DNA of 64,000 nt, taken from positions 366-64,365 of the forward strand of contig JBKCMS010000094.1 in NCBI GenBank assembly GCA_046300175.1, read 5' to 3'. The position numbers and the translations under genes were made by a program. This DNA comes from Pseudomonadota bacterium (GTDB taxonomy: Bacteria; Bdellovibrionota_C; UBA2361; OMII01). Below, piece by piece: positions 7,631 through 17,619 of the stretch. Each line of letters starts with the position of its first letter. Position 1 is the stretch's first letter. The notes below the pieces were generated by a model. That model did no database searches. It saw only the letters and a program-made list of their open reading frames with translations, and was not told where the DNA came from.

Positions 7631-10600
7631 ATGGAAGGCGATATAGTTCAGCTGAACGCAAGCCAGAACAATGCAAATAGTTCGGCGGAGGTGACTGCAG
7701 GGGCGCCGCTAGTACAGATTTCACGGCGTCGATTCCTGCAAGTTTTGGGAGCAACTTCGGCTGTGGGCGCCGCGGCGTGCGCTAATCCAGCTGATCAGAA
7801 GATACTTCCCTACGTAAAGCCCGACCCTGAGCAGATTCCGGGAGTCGCTGTATGGTACAGCTCAACTTGTACAGAGTGCTCGGCGGGTTGTGGTATCCGT
7901 GTTCGTACTCGTGAAGGCAGAGCCGTAAAAGTGGAGGGTAATCCAAATAGCCCAGTAAACCGTGGTGGTTTGTGTGCTCTAGGACAAGCTTCGCTTCAAG
8001 CGCTCTACGACCCAGATCGTGTGCGTGAGCCGCAGAAAAAGAAGGGCAGAGGTTTTAATGACAAGCCCCTACGTGCCCCTGCAACGCCCGTTTATGCAGC
8101 CGCCTCATGGGATGACGCCTACGCCAAGATTAACGAAGCCGTATCAAAGGCGTCGAACAAAAAGGTTTTGCTAACCGGTGAGCTTACTTCAGCTCAAGCC
8201 GAATTGGTGGAGAGTTTTACCTCGCAGCTTGGGTTTACTCACGTAGTTTGGGATCCAACTCAGCCTGTGGCGGTAGCAAAGGCTTCTGAGCTCGTGTACG
8301 GCACTTACGGAGTGCCTACTTTTTCAATAGATAAAGCTCACGTAGTCGTAAACTTCGGAGCGGATTTCCTTGAGACGTGGGGCAATCCAGTCGGATATGC
8401 GCGACAATGGGCAGATTCCCGTCGTTCCGATAAGCCGCTTAGGTTCGTTCATATCGAGCCGCGCTTGTCGCTTACGGGTGCCAACTCCGATATGTGGCTA
8501 AAGTCTGCGGTTGGGTCAGAGACACGAATTGCTCTGTTCTTGATAGCTGAGCTGCTCAAGCGTGGGGTTACAAAAGGTTTAAGTGAGGATGTCAAAACCA
8601 AGCTTGCCAGATTGACCTCTGGGGTGACAGCTGAGGTGGTATCACAAGAGACGGGAGTTTCGACTGCTAAACTACTCCAAGTAGCGCAGTATTTGGCTGA
8701 TGCTGATGCGTCTCTGGTTCTTGCTGGTGGAGCAGCGACACAAACTGCCGATCCGCTGCCGCTGTTGGTTGCGGTGAACATCCTTAATGTGATGCTTGGT
8801 AACGTTGGTAAGACCGTGGATGTCGCCACCGCCAAAAAACCTGAATCTTCAGCTAAGGCTGTGGCAGCTCTGATCGAAGAGATGAAGGCAGGTAAGGTTG
8901 ATGTTCTTGTCACCTACAACACTAATCCACAGTTTACATTCCCTAGTGCCTTTGGCTTTGGTTACGGGGTGGCAGAGGTAGGAATCAAGGGTGAGGGGAC
9001 AGGTAAGAATTCTGGGCTCGTAGTGGCACTTTCCAGTCACCTCGATGAAACCGCTGAATTGGCTGATTTTGTTTTGCCGGTTCACACCGGGCTTGAGGAT
9101 TGGGGTTACGTTAAGCTGCCAGATGGCTCAGTAAGCCTAATGCAGCCATCGATGCGCCCGATTTTCAGCACAAAAAGTTTTGGAGATGTGTTGCTCGATA
9201 TAGCATCAGGCGCCTCGAAGACCATTGCCGGAGAGAGCAAGACATTCGATGCGTTTGTTAAGGCTGGGTACCTAAAGGCGTGTGCAGGCAAAACAGGGAC
9301 AGATAGCGAGAAGTTCTGGATGGCTAGCCTTGAGAAGGGGGGCTTGTTCTTAAATGCAGAGACAGCCAAGTCGGCAGTAGCAACGACTATCAATCCTGCG
9401 GTGTTCTCCATGACCTTTGGTCTTAGTGCAGCACGTGCTAAGGACGATTCACTTGTGCTGTATCCATTCCCATCGGTTAAGTCGTTTGATGGTCGTGCAG
9501 CGAACCGGCCTTGGCTTCAGGAGCTCGCTGACCCAATTACCCAAGCGGTGTGGGGAGCCTGGGCAGAGATTCATCCCGATACCGCCAAGAGCCTCAAAGT
9601 AGCTCAAGGTGATGCATTGGTTCTTCGCACGGCAGATGGAGAGGTGCGAGTGCCTGCATACGTAACCGAGCACGTCCACAAGGGGGTTGTGGCGGTTCCG
9701 ATAGGGCAGGGACACTCGGCTTACGGGAGATTTGCCAAGAGCGCTGCTGAAGGCAGTGGCAGTGTCTATAGCTTGCTCTCTAAAGAGCTGGCTAAGGACG
9801 CCGATGCTCTTGTTTTCACCGGAGGGCAGGTTTCGGTAAAGCGTGCTCTTGGAGATGGCAATCTTGTGACCGTTCAGGAATTTGCTTCACAGGAGAATCG
9901 TGAGCTTGCAAGAACCACTATGTTGGTTGCAGGAACAGCGGGAGCCGCAGCGCATGCCCACGGACACGATGAACACGGCAGTGCGCACGGAGTAGCGCAT
10001 GGTGGTGGGCATGATAACGGACATAGTTCCGCCCACCATGAGCCTAAGCAGATGTATGAGCAACGAGAGCATCCGTTGTATCAGTGGGGTCTAGCCGTTG
10101 ATTTAGCAGCGTGCACCGGTTGTTCGGCGTGCGTTGTGGCGTGCTCGGCTGAGAATAATATTCCAGTTGTTGGCAAGAAGGTTGTCTCGCAGGGACGTGA
10201 GATGGCCTGGATACGAATCGAGCGTTACTACGACTCAATCCACACAGAAGATGGCGGAGAAGAGTTGAAAGTGAGCTTCCTGCCGATGATGTGCCAGCAC
10301 TGCCAGAATGCCCCGTGCGAGCCGGTCTGCCCAGTATACGCCACTTACCACAATGAAGAGGGTATGAACGCGATGATATACAACCGTTGCGTCGGCACTC
10401 GGTATTGCTCAAATAACTGTTCGTATAAGGTACGCCGCTTTAACTGGTTCCAATACGAGTGGCCAGAGTTGCTTGATTGGCAGGTTAATCCGGATGTCAC
10501 CAAGCGTACTGTGGGTATTATGGAGAAGTGCACCTTCTGTGTTCAGCGCATCGCTGAGGCCAAGGATGTGGCTAAGGATCTTGGCCGTCTTGTTGAGGAC

Positions 10601-10786
10601 GGAGATGTCACACCAGCGTGTGTACAGACATGCCCGACACAGGCGCTTACTTTCGGTAACCTAAAGGATCCGAACAGCAGGGTGAGCAAGGTAGCGAAGA
10701 GCGAACGCGCATACAAGGTGCTTGACCACCACCTCAATACGCAGCCATCTGTCAGCTACCTAAACGACATTCGATACAAGGCATAA
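7631..10786 (+). CDS. actB: Alternative Complex III subunit ActB (molybdopterin-oxidoreductase-like domain fused to a 4Fe-4S ferredoxin domain)
   Basis: Twin-arginine signal SRRRFLQVLGATSAVGAAACA. N-terminal Cys cluster (STCTECSAGCG...GGLCALG). C-terminal ferredoxin Cys clusters (CTGCSACVVAC, CQHCQNAPCEPVCP, CVGTRYCSNNC, CTFCVQR...CVQTCP). 1051 aa, the usual size of a fused ActB. Confidence 0.9.
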   Translation: MEGDIVQLNASQNNANSSAEVTAGAPLVQISRRRFLQVLGATSAVGAAACANPADQKILPYVKPDPEQIPGVAVWYSSTCTECSAGCGIRVRTREGRAVKVEGNPNSPVNRGGLCALGQASLQALYDPDRVREPQKKKGRGFNDKPLRAPATPVYAAASWDDAYAKINEAVSKASNKKVLLTGELTSAQAELVESFTSQLGFTHVVWDPTQPVAVAKASELVYGTYGVPTFSIDKAHVVVNFGADFLETWGNPVGYARQWADSRRSDKPLRFVHIEPRLSLTGANSDMWLKSAVGSETRIALFLIAELLKRGVTKGLSEDVKTKLARLTSGVTAEVVSQETGVSTAKLLQVAQYLADADASLVLAGGAATQTADPLPLLVAVNILNVMLGNVGKTVDVATAKKPESSAKAVAALIEEMKAGKVDVLVTYNTNPQFTFPSAFGFGYGVAEVGIKGEGTGKNSGLVVALSSHLDETAELADFVLPVHTGLEDWGYVKLPDGSVSLMQPSMRPIFSTKSFGDVLLDIASGASKTIAGESKTFDAFVKAGYLKACAGKTGTDSEKFWMASLEKGGLFLNAETAKSAVATTINPAVFSMTFGLSAARAKDDSLVLYPFPSVKSFDGRAANRPWLQELADPITQAVWGAWAEIHPDTAKSLKVAQGDALVLRTADGEVRVPAYVTEHVHKGVVAVPIGQGHSAYGRFAKSAAEGSGSVYSLLSKELAKDADALVFTGGQVSVKRALGDGNLVTVQEFASQENRELARTTMLVAGTAGAAAHAHGHDEHGSAHGVAHGGGHDNGHSSAHHEPKQMYEQREHPLYQWGLAVDLAACTGCSACVVACSAENNIPVVGKKVVSQGREMAWIRIERYYDSIHTEDGGEELKVSFLPMMCQHCQNAPCEPVCPVYATYHNEEGMNAMIYNRCVGTRYCSNNCSYKVRRFNWFQYEWPELLDWQVNPDVTKRTVGIMEKCTFCVQRIAEAKDVAKDLGRLVEDGDVTPACVQTCPTQALTFGNLKDPNSRVSKVAKSERAYKVLDHHLNTQPSVSYLNDIRYKA

Positions 10787-10805
10787 GCTACGAGAGACGG
10801 GAACT

Positions 10806-12200
10806 ATGGAACATACCCATCGTGAAAAAACAGCAGATTCAGAGGCTCCAGTTACCTATGCAGAGGTAAACGATACGGTGCTCAAGATGCTAGAGCCCCC
10901 TGGTACGGGTTGGTTCTTACTCTTGTTCGCCTGCTTGTTCTTCCTGGCTATCGGTGCAGCCTGTTGGTTCTATCAAATGTGGAGCGGCTTCGGAGAGTCG
11001 GGTAAGAGCCATCCGATTGGTTGGGGTACCTACATCACCAACTTCGTATTCTGGGTGGGTATTGCGCATTCTGGCACGCTAATCTCGGCGGTGTTGTACC
11101 TATTTAGAGCAGCATTCCGCCAACCTATCTACCGGCTTGCAGAGGCAATGACGGTCTTTGCGGTAATGACCGCAGGTTTGTTCCCGATCATCCATCTGGG
11201 TCGTCCATGGTACGCTCTATGGCTCATGCCGTATCCTAATCAGCGTGCGCTGTGGCCACAGTTTCGCTCTCCGCTGTTGTGGGACGTGTTTGCGGTCTCG
11301 ACCTATTTTACGATCTCTGCGACGTTTTTCTTCGTCGGTTTGATACCTGATATTGCTGCTGCTCGAGATCGTGCTAAGACGAAATTTCGTAAGGCTCTGT
11401 ACGGGGTAACCTGCCTTGGGTGGCGTGGAAGCCACACCCAGTGGAAGCATTACCAAGCGGCCTACCTAATCTTCGCGGCGTTCGCTACTCCGCTGGTGGT
11501 TTCTGTACACTCAGTGGTTTCCTGGGACTTTGCGATGAGTATAGTTCCTGGATGGCATGCGACGATATTCCCGCCTTACTTCGTGGCAGGGGCGATCTTC
11601 TCGGGGGTGGCAATGGTGATCACCCTAGCTATCCCGTTGAGAAAGGCCTTTGGACTTGAGCGCCTGATCACTGCCTTTCACTTCGATGCGATGAGCAAGC
11701 TAATCCTGCTAACTTCAGGGGTTGTTTCCTACTCCTACATCACCGAGTTCTATACCGCGTGGTTTAGTAATAATCCTTTTGAGCGTTTTCAGTTCTGGTT
11801 CCGGCCTTTCGGTGAGTTCTGGATAGCCTTTTGGGGTATGACGTTCTGTAACTGTATTTTTCCTCAGCTGTTGTGGATTAAATCGCTGAGAACGAATATC
11901 CCGTTCCTGTTTGTCTTATCCATCTTCATCAACATAGGAATGTGGTTGGAGCGGTTTAATATTATCTTCCAATCTTTGACCAGAGAGTTCATTCCAGCTG
12001 CGTGGGGTGGGTATAACTTTTCGTGGGTTGAGATTGGCATAACTGTAGGCGCATTCGGTTGGTTCGGGATGTGGATGACTCTGTTCATCAAATTCTTCCC
12101 ATCCGTCGCTATCACAGAGATTAAAGAGATTTTGCCACCTCCAATGCGGCGCGGTGGTCATGGCCACGAGCATGGGGCCTCAGTTGGTGCAGGTCATTAG
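10806..12200 (+). CDS. actC: Alternative Complex III subunit ActC (NrfD/PsrC-like quinol-interacting membrane subunit)
   Basis: Polytopic membrane protein of NrfD type (...HSGTLISAVLYL..., ...WLERFNIIF...), in the third position of the act operon. Confidence 0.88.
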   Translation: MEHTHREKTADSEAPVTYAEVNDTVLKMLEPPGTGWFLLLFACLFFLAIGAACWFYQMWSGFGESGKSHPIGWGTYITNFVFWVGIAHSGTLISAVLYLFRAAFRQPIYRLAEAMTVFAVMTAGLFPIIHLGRPWYALWLMPYPNQRALWPQFRSPLLWDVFAVSTYFTISATFFFVGLIPDIAAARDRAKTKFRKALYGVTCLGWRGSHTQWKHYQAAYLIFAAFATPLVVSVHSVVSWDFAMSIVPGWHATIFPPYFVAGAIFSGVAMVITLAIPLRKAFGLERLITAFHFDAMSKLILLTSGVVSYSYITEFYTAWFSNNPFERFQFWFRPFGEFWIAFWGMTFCNCIFPQLLWIKSLRTNIPFLFVLSIFINIGMWLERFNIIFQSLTREFIPAAWGGYNFSWVEIGITVGAFGWFGMWMTLFIKFFPSVAITEIKEILPPPMRRGGHGHEHGASVGAGH

Positions 12201-12222
12201 GAAAGAGGTAAGGAGCTGAGCT

Positions 12223-12741
12223 ATGGTTGAGTCATCAAGTCGAGCAGTAGTTGGTGTTTTTACCTACATGGACGATGCCCTTGAGGCGGTAAAGAAGGTT
12301 AAGTCCGCTAATATGGACTACCGCATGTATTCACCTGTCCCGCGTCACGAGATCGAAGAGGTAACATATCCTCAGAAGAGTCCGGTGCGGACAGTGGCGC
12401 TCATTTGTGCCATTACTGGGTGTATCTCGGGATTCGCTTTAGCCATCCTTTGTTCTCTGGATTGGCCGATGCGCACGAGCGCTAAAAATGTTGTATCGAT
12501 CCCAGCATTTTTCGTTCCTGGCTACGAGTGGACGATCCTCTTCGGAGGGCTTGGAACACTTATGTCGATCCTAGTTTTTTGCCGGCTGCCTTCGGTTCTG
12601 CGTACTGCTGGATATGACCCGCGATTCTCAAATGACAAGTTCGGAGTAGTCGTGGCGTGTGCAGGGAATCAGGTAGAGGATGCAAAGCGTCGGATGATTG
12701 ATTCCGGTGCTGATGAAGTCGATGTTCGAGATAGTTTGTAA
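12223..12741 (+). CDS. actD: Alternative Complex III subunit ActD (DUF3341-type)
   Basis: 172 aa. N-terminus VVGVFTYMDDALEAVKKVK... followed by two transmembrane helices. Its position between actC and actE matches ActD. Confidence 0.8.
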   Translation: MVESSSRAVVGVFTYMDDALEAVKKVKSANMDYRMYSPVPRHEIEEVTYPQKSPVRTVALICAITGCISGFALAILCSLDWPMRTSAKNVVSIPAFFVPGYEWTILFGGLGTLMSILVFCRLPSVLRTAGYDPRFSNDKFGVVVACAGNQVEDAKRRMIDSGADEVDVRDSL

Positions 12742-12758
12742 AGGAAGGTGAGGGGCTA

Positions 12759-13280
12759 ATGAGCATGGCTCGCAAGATACAGGGATTTGTTTTCGCGGTT
12801 GTTGCTACCTGCGCAAGCGCGTTAGTAGTGGATGGGGCGAGTGCTTTGCCGTTCAACGACGATATGGTGAATGTGCAGAAGCGCACGGGGGTGTTCATGC
12901 GACCAAAAGCCCCTGGTACGGTAGCGGTAGGAATGTCGCAGTATCACGTGGCCTCACGAGAGGCAGCTGAAGCTCTGACTAATCCGCTCAAGGGGGATGT
13001 AACCTCTACAGCAAATGGCAAGCGGCTGTTCACGATTAATTGTGCTCCGTGTCACGGTGATATCAGTAAGAAGCCTTATGAGCCCGGAGCAGTAGGCAAG
13101 AAGTCTTTGCAGACTCCTCCCGATCTGACTTCGGATATGTACAAGACGCGTACAGACGGCAGTATTTACGCCACTATCCATTTTGGCATTCGCTTAATGC
13201 CAGGCCACGGTTGGAAACTGTCTCCAACCGAGCATTGGGATCTGGTCAATTACGTTCGCAGTCAGCAAGGTGTTAATTAG
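12759..13280 (+). CDS. actE: Alternative Complex III subunit ActE (monohaem cytochrome c)
   Basis: Signal peptide plus a single CAPCH haem motif, in the fifth position of the operon. Confidence 0.85.
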   Translation: MSMARKIQGFVFAVVATCASALVVDGASALPFNDDMVNVQKRTGVFMRPKAPGTVAVGMSQYHVASREAAEALTNPLKGDVTSTANGKRLFTINCAPCHGDISKKPYEPGAVGKKSLQTPPDLTSDMYKTRTDGSIYATIHFGIRLMPGHGWKLSPTEHWDLVNYVRSQQGVN

Positions 13281-13295
13281 TAGAGGTAGGATAGG

Positions 13296-14576
13296 ATGTC
13301 ACACGTACACATGGTTCCAGTGAACATCGAGAAGGTAGTTAATGCTGGACCGATATCGGTAGCAAGTTCTACATATGTCAAACTTTGGGCGATGGTGTTC
13401 GTCGGAGTCTTCGTTTTTGCCTACGGGCTTATAGCGGGCGATGCAGGGCACACCTGGGGAGCGTTCTATGTTAACGCTGTATATTTCCAGGGGTTGGCTC
13501 TCGGAGGTGTGATGACCACAGTCATCATGCAGATCGTTAGGGCAACCTGGGGAGCACCGGTAAGGAGATTAGCTGAGGCCAATGTTGCCTACTTGCCGGT
13601 GGCTTTTGTGGTTTTCCTCACCACCTATTTTGGAAGAGAGTACATATTTTACTGGGGTAAGAACCCTATGCCAGGACGAGAGTGGTGGATGACTCCGGGG
13701 TTTGTTTACGCCCGCTTCGCCGTTCTCTTTTTTGTTTTATACTTTCTAATGGCGCGTTTTGTCGGAATGTCTCTGCGAGGAGATGTAGGTTTGGCTCGAG
13801 ATCGAGCTAAGGATGCGAGTGTATGGAGTTTGCCGATCCATCGTTTTCTACTGCGAGGATGGAAAGGGGCAGAGCGCGAGGTGATTCCTCTCCAGCGTAA
13901 GATGTCGGTGAATGCGCCGATTATTGTCTTGGCATATGTAGTGACAATATCACTCTTTGCATTCGAGATGATCATGGGACAGAATCCGGTCTGGTTTTCA
14001 AATCTCTTTGGCGCCTTCATATTTGTTAGCCAAATATATATCGCTTGGGCAGGCCTAGCTCTGATGGCGATGTTTTTTGCCAAGCGCAATAAAAGTCTCG
14101 GAGAGCTGATCACGACTCAACAGTTCTGGGATCTTGGAAAGCTTAATTTCGGCTTTTGTATGTTATGGGGCTACATGTTCTGGTCCCAGTTTTTGACTCA
14201 GTGGTATGGAAATCTCCCCGAGGAGACTCAGTGGTTAATACTCCGTACTCGTGAATATCCGTGGAAGGGGCTTGCTTGGGTGGTCTTCCCGATGTGCTTC
14301 ATCATTCCGTTTATCTCGCTGCTCAGCCGAGATGTGAAGAAGAACCCGATCACCTATGCAATTGTGTGTCTGGTGCTGATGACAGGTGTGTGGCTTGACC
14401 GGTATCTGATTATTATGCCGGAGATATCCCCGCACCATATCCCGCTCGGTGTTACCGAGGTGGGCATATTTGTTGGATTTCTGGGGGCCTACCTAATCTG
14501 CATTAGGAGCTTTTTGAGTAAATATCCTTACGTGCCGGTGTCGCATCCGCTTACGCACGGAAGCGCGGAGTGGTAG
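13296..14576 (+). CDS. actF: Alternative Complex III subunit ActF (second NrfD-like membrane subunit)
   Basis: 426-aa polytopic membrane protein with ...WLDRYLIIMPE..., analogous to ActC. Last gene of the operon. Confidence 0.85.
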   Translation: MSHVHMVPVNIEKVVNAGPISVASSTYVKLWAMVFVGVFVFAYGLIAGDAGHTWGAFYVNAVYFQGLALGGVMTTVIMQIVRATWGAPVRRLAEANVAYLPVAFVVFLTTYFGREYIFYWGKNPMPGREWWMTPGFVYARFAVLFFVLYFLMARFVGMSLRGDVGLARDRAKDASVWSLPIHRFLLRGWKGAEREVIPLQRKMSVNAPIIVLAYVVTISLFAFEMIMGQNPVWFSNLFGAFIFVSQIYIAWAGLALMAMFFAKRNKSLGELITTQQFWDLGKLNFGFCMLWGYMFWSQFLTQWYGNLPEETQWLILRTREYPWKGLAWVVFPMCFIIPFISLLSRDVKKNPITYAIVCLVLMTGVWLDRYLIIMPEISPHHIPLGVTEVGIFVGFLGAYLICIRSFLSKYPYVPVSHPLTHGSAEW

Positions 14577-14828
14577 CACAGTGGCACCTAGGCTTAAATG
14601 GTTGCCCGAGTGGTCCATTTATGGTGCTGGATTTGTTGGTTTTTAGGTTAGGCGGTTTTAGCGATGCTGTGCGACCTTGTCCGAGGTACTGAAGAGGATG
14701 GGAGCAACAGTTGAAATTATTGGACAAATCGTGGTAGAAACCTCGCGGTGCTAAGGCAAGTACACGAGTGGGCCAGGGAGGCACAGCACGGTACCTCCAA
14801 GCCCGACGAATTTTAATGGTAGTGATTT

Positions 14829-15014
14829 ATGGCAGTTCCTAAGAAAAGAACCTCTCGATCAAAGCGTGACATGCGTCGTTCTCATCATGCGCTGTCGCGC
14901 ACATACGCCATTGTATGCCCTAAGTGTGCTGAGCCTGTGCTACCGCACCGCGCTTGCGCTAGCTGTGGCTCATACCGAGGCAAAGAGGTAGTGACGACTA
15001 AGTCGGCAGCATAA
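14829..15014 (+). CDS. rpmF: 50S ribosomal protein L32
   Basis: [22 protein letters not shown]... with CPxC...CxxC zinc-ribbon cysteines. Confidence 0.95.
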   Translation: MAVPKKRTSRSKRDMRRSHHALSRTYAIVCPKCAEPVLPHRACASCGSYRGKEVVTTKSAA

Positions 15015-15035
15015 TTAGACCTCGCTTAAAGACTC

Positions 15036-16208
15036 GTGACCTCACAGCAGCAGACACCTTTAAGTTCGGCTCTTCCGATCGCAGTCGATGCGATGGGAGG
15101 CGACCATGGCCCGCGGGTAGTTGTAGAGGGGGCGGTGGCCGCAGCGCGCAATTTTGGCGTGTCAGCGGTCCTTGTCGGTGACGAGACCCAGATTCAGGCG
15201 CTACTTAAAGTCTGCGATCCAGGCGGTGAGCTGCCATTAACGGTGCAGCACGCCTCTCAAGTGGTTGGTATGGATGAATCGCCTGGATTGGCGATTAGAG
15301 GGAAGCAGGATTCCTCGGTGCGTGTGGCCTTTGAGCTGGTATCACAGGGTCGTGCCAGTGCAGTAGTTAGTCCCGGTAATACCGGGGCAATCATGGCAGC
15401 TGGAGTATTTGTTTCAGGGACACTGCCTGGGATAGCACGGCCAGCTATAGCCTCCCTAATACCTAAAGGGGGATCAGGGACTCCCACTGTGTTACTGGAT
15501 GCTGGCGCAAATACTGGCTGCCACGCCTTTCAGTTGGTTCAGTTTGCAATCATGGGGCACTATTATGCTGAGGCAGCACTTGGTTGCACAGCGCCGCGAA
15601 TCGCGTTGCTCTCAAACGGGACAGAATTAGCCAAGGGCAATGACATTATCCGCTCCGCCGCGATGATGCTTTCTGAATTAGATGGGATTAACTTCATCGG
15701 CTACGTTGAAGGCAGGGATATCGCCCGCGATGTTGTTGATGTTGTAGTCTGTGATGGTTTTGTTGGAAATATCGTACTCAAGGCCATGGAAGGGTGTGTT
15801 AGTTTGGTTACCGACTCAATGAAAGCGGTTTCACAGACAAGCTGGCGAGGAAAGGTGGGGTTATGGTTGGCCCGACCGGTATTGCGCACCGTATTCAAGG
15901 ATAAACTCGACCCATCAGCATATGGGGGAGCTCCGCTGCTGGGACTCGGGCAGATCGCCATTAAGTGCCACGGCTCATCTTCAAGTAGGGCTGTAATGAA
16001 CGGTATCAGGGTAGCGCAACGCTTTGTGGAACAAGGTGTTTTAGAGAGGTTGCACGTTGCCTTACAGCAGCTAGATGTTAAGAATGCAGGGATCGACGTA
16101 GAAGGTGGTCAGGGATGGTCACGTGCCTTTGAAAAGAAGGTTTCGGCGGGCAAGAGCGATAAACAGGAATCAAAGAAGTCAGTGGGAGGTGACCATGGTA
16201 GAGAATAA
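15036..16208 (+). CDS. plsX: Phosphate acyltransferase PlsX
   Basis: ...IAVDAMGGDHGP..., ...SPGNTGA..., ...VCDGFVGNIVLK... are classic PlsX motifs. It follows rpmF, as in many bacteria. Confidence 0.92.
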   Translation: MTSQQQTPLSSALPIAVDAMGGDHGPRVVVEGAVAAARNFGVSAVLVGDETQIQALLKVCDPGGELPLTVQHASQVVGMDESPGLAIRGKQDSSVRVAFELVSQGRASAVVSPGNTGAIMAAGVFVSGTLPGIARPAIASLIPKGGSGTPTVLLDAGANTGCHAFQLVQFAIMGHYYAEAALGCTAPRIALLSNGTELAKGNDIIRSAAMMLSELDGINFIGYVEGRDIARDVVDVVVCDGFVGNIVLKAMEGCVSLVTDSMKAVSQTSWRGKVGLWLARPVLRTVFKDKLDPSAYGGAPLLGLGQIAIKCHGSSSSRAVMNGIRVAQRFVEQGVLERLHVALQQLDVKNAGIDVEGGQGWSRAFEKKVSAGKSDKQESKKSVGGDHGRE

Positions 16209-16941
16209 GAAGAAGGTAGCGTTGGTTACAGGAGCTTCACGTGGAATTGGTCGGGCTATAGCTGTGGCACTCGCGAAGCAGGGAGCGTTCGTTATTGTAA
16301 ACTACTCATCATCACCAGAGGCAGCGCAAGAGACCCTCAATGAGATACGCGAGGTTGGTTCGGACGGAGAGGTGTTGAAATTTGCCGTTCAGGATAGTGA
16401 GGCTGTTGAGAACGCCTTCGACGGGATTAAAGCGCGACACGGGCAGCTTGATATTTTGGTAAATAACGCCGGCATATCGCGAGATGGATTGGTTTTGCGA
16501 ATGAAGGACGAGGAGTGGCTGGCAACCCTCGGAGTCAATCTTAATGGTGCGTTTTTCTGTTGTCGCGCTGCAGCACGCCTGATGCTAAAAGCCAAGACGG
16601 GTCGTATTGTGAATATCTCCTCTGTTGTCGGAGAGATGGGCAACGCTGGCCAGGCACCGTATGTGTCTTCCAAGGCCGGACTTATTGGACTGACCAAAGC
16701 GCTGGCAAAGGAGTTGGCGTCCCGCAATGTGACGGTCAATGCGATTACACCGGGTTTTATAGAGACCGATATGACAGCTGCGCTAAACGAGAAGCTCAAA
16801 GAGGAGCATATGAAGGCGATTCCTTTAGGGCGTTACGGGCACGCCAGTGAGGTGGCAGACCTAGTTGCCTATCTGACCTCCGACTCGGCTGCTTATATCA
16901 CTGGGCAGATTATCGGGATTAACGGTGGCATGTACATGTAG
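16195..16941 (+). CDS. fabG: 3-oxoacyl-[ACP] reductase
   Basis: MVENKKKVALVTGASRGIGRAIA (TGxxxGxG), NNAG, and the S...YxxxK catalytic pattern (YVSSKAG). I chose the ATG at 16195, which is preceded by GGGAGG and overlaps the plsX stop by 14 nt. The track start at 16105 lies inside plsX. Confidence 0.9.
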   Translation: MVENKKKVALVTGASRGIGRAIAVALAKQGAFVIVNYSSSPEAAQETLNEIREVGSDGEVLKFAVQDSEAVENAFDGIKARHGQLDILVNNAGISRDGLVLRMKDEEWLATLGVNLNGAFFCCRAAARLMLKAKTGRIVNISSVVGEMGNAGQAPYVSSKAGLIGLTKALAKELASRNVTVNAITPGFIETDMTAALNEKLKEEHMKAIPLGRYGHASEVADLVAYLTSDSAAYITGQIIGINGGMYM

Positions 16942-17327
16942 TCGCCTAGTCTTGGAAGGTGCTTATAGCCTCTAACTGTTTGAGAAATAAGCTTTTTATG
17001 CTTTAGGGCGTAGTTAGGTAAGGCAGAAATTAATACCTCTGAGCTATTGACTATTGTCCCTTCCTCTAATTAAATCAGGGCATTGACGTTCGAGGGGTCT
17101 AAGCTGTTTGGAAGTTCTCACACAAGGGGCCACGCTCTTGTCTTAAAGAGGCGGAGTGGGGAGTAACTTAGTAGAGATTGAGAATGTTTCCTTACTCCGT
17201 ATCTTCCTAGCTCTGCATGGTATGCATCTGCTACTGGTTGACTATTGCGACGATGTGCGCAGGCTTTGATCCCGTGGAGACGTCGTACTTATTGTAAACA
17301 AAGAAACGTTTAGGAGACGTGTTTTTC

Positions 17328-17573
17328 ATGGCAACACCTGAGGAGATTCAAGAGCGCATTAAGTCGATTATCGTAGAGCAGCTGGGTGTGAGCTTGGAGG
17401 AGGTTACTCCTCAGGCATCGTTCATCGAGGACCTAGGTGCAGATTCACTCGATATCGTTGAGCTCATTATGGCTCTCGAAGAAGAGTACGATATGGAGAT
17501 CCCGGATGAGGACGCCGAGAAGATCCAGACGGTTGATGATGTAACCAAGTACATCCTCGCTAAGCAAGCGTAA
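17328..17573 (+). CDS. acpP: Acyl carrier protein
   Basis: ...[19 protein letters not shown]... contains the phosphopantetheine attachment motif DSL. About 81 aa. Confidence 0.93.
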   Translation: MATPEEIQERIKSIIVEQLGVSLEEVTPQASFIEDLGADSLDIVELIMALEEEYDMEIPDEDAEKIQTVDDVTKYILAKQA

Positions 17574-17619
17574 AGTGGCGTACCGATTTTTCCCGAAACG
17601 GGGATGATCTGGTATGCTA

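Noticed and set aside
14551-14784. A 77-aa minus-strand ORF in the actF-rpmF spacer, and a 61-aa ORF at 53809-53994.
   Set aside because: Neither has an RBS or a recognisable motif. Both overlap neighbouring gene ends, and their composition is typical of random ORFs.
16105-16194. Long N-terminal extensions in the track ORFs for fabG (16105), the M3 peptidase (4668), nadB (4829), glyA (17680), upp (42756), the rsmI-like gene (34613) and the discoidin membrane protein (24359).
   Set aside because: The extensions overlap upstream genes or repeats and precede the conserved family N-termini. Internal ATG codons give better spacing, an RBS, or ATGA coupling.
17047-17075. A sigma-70-like promoter, TTGACT-N17-TTAAAT, in the fabG-acpP spacer.
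   Set aside because: It lies about 250 nt from the acpP start, the -10 element is weak, and nothing corroborates it. I mention it under the fab-cluster finding but do not annotate it as a feature.
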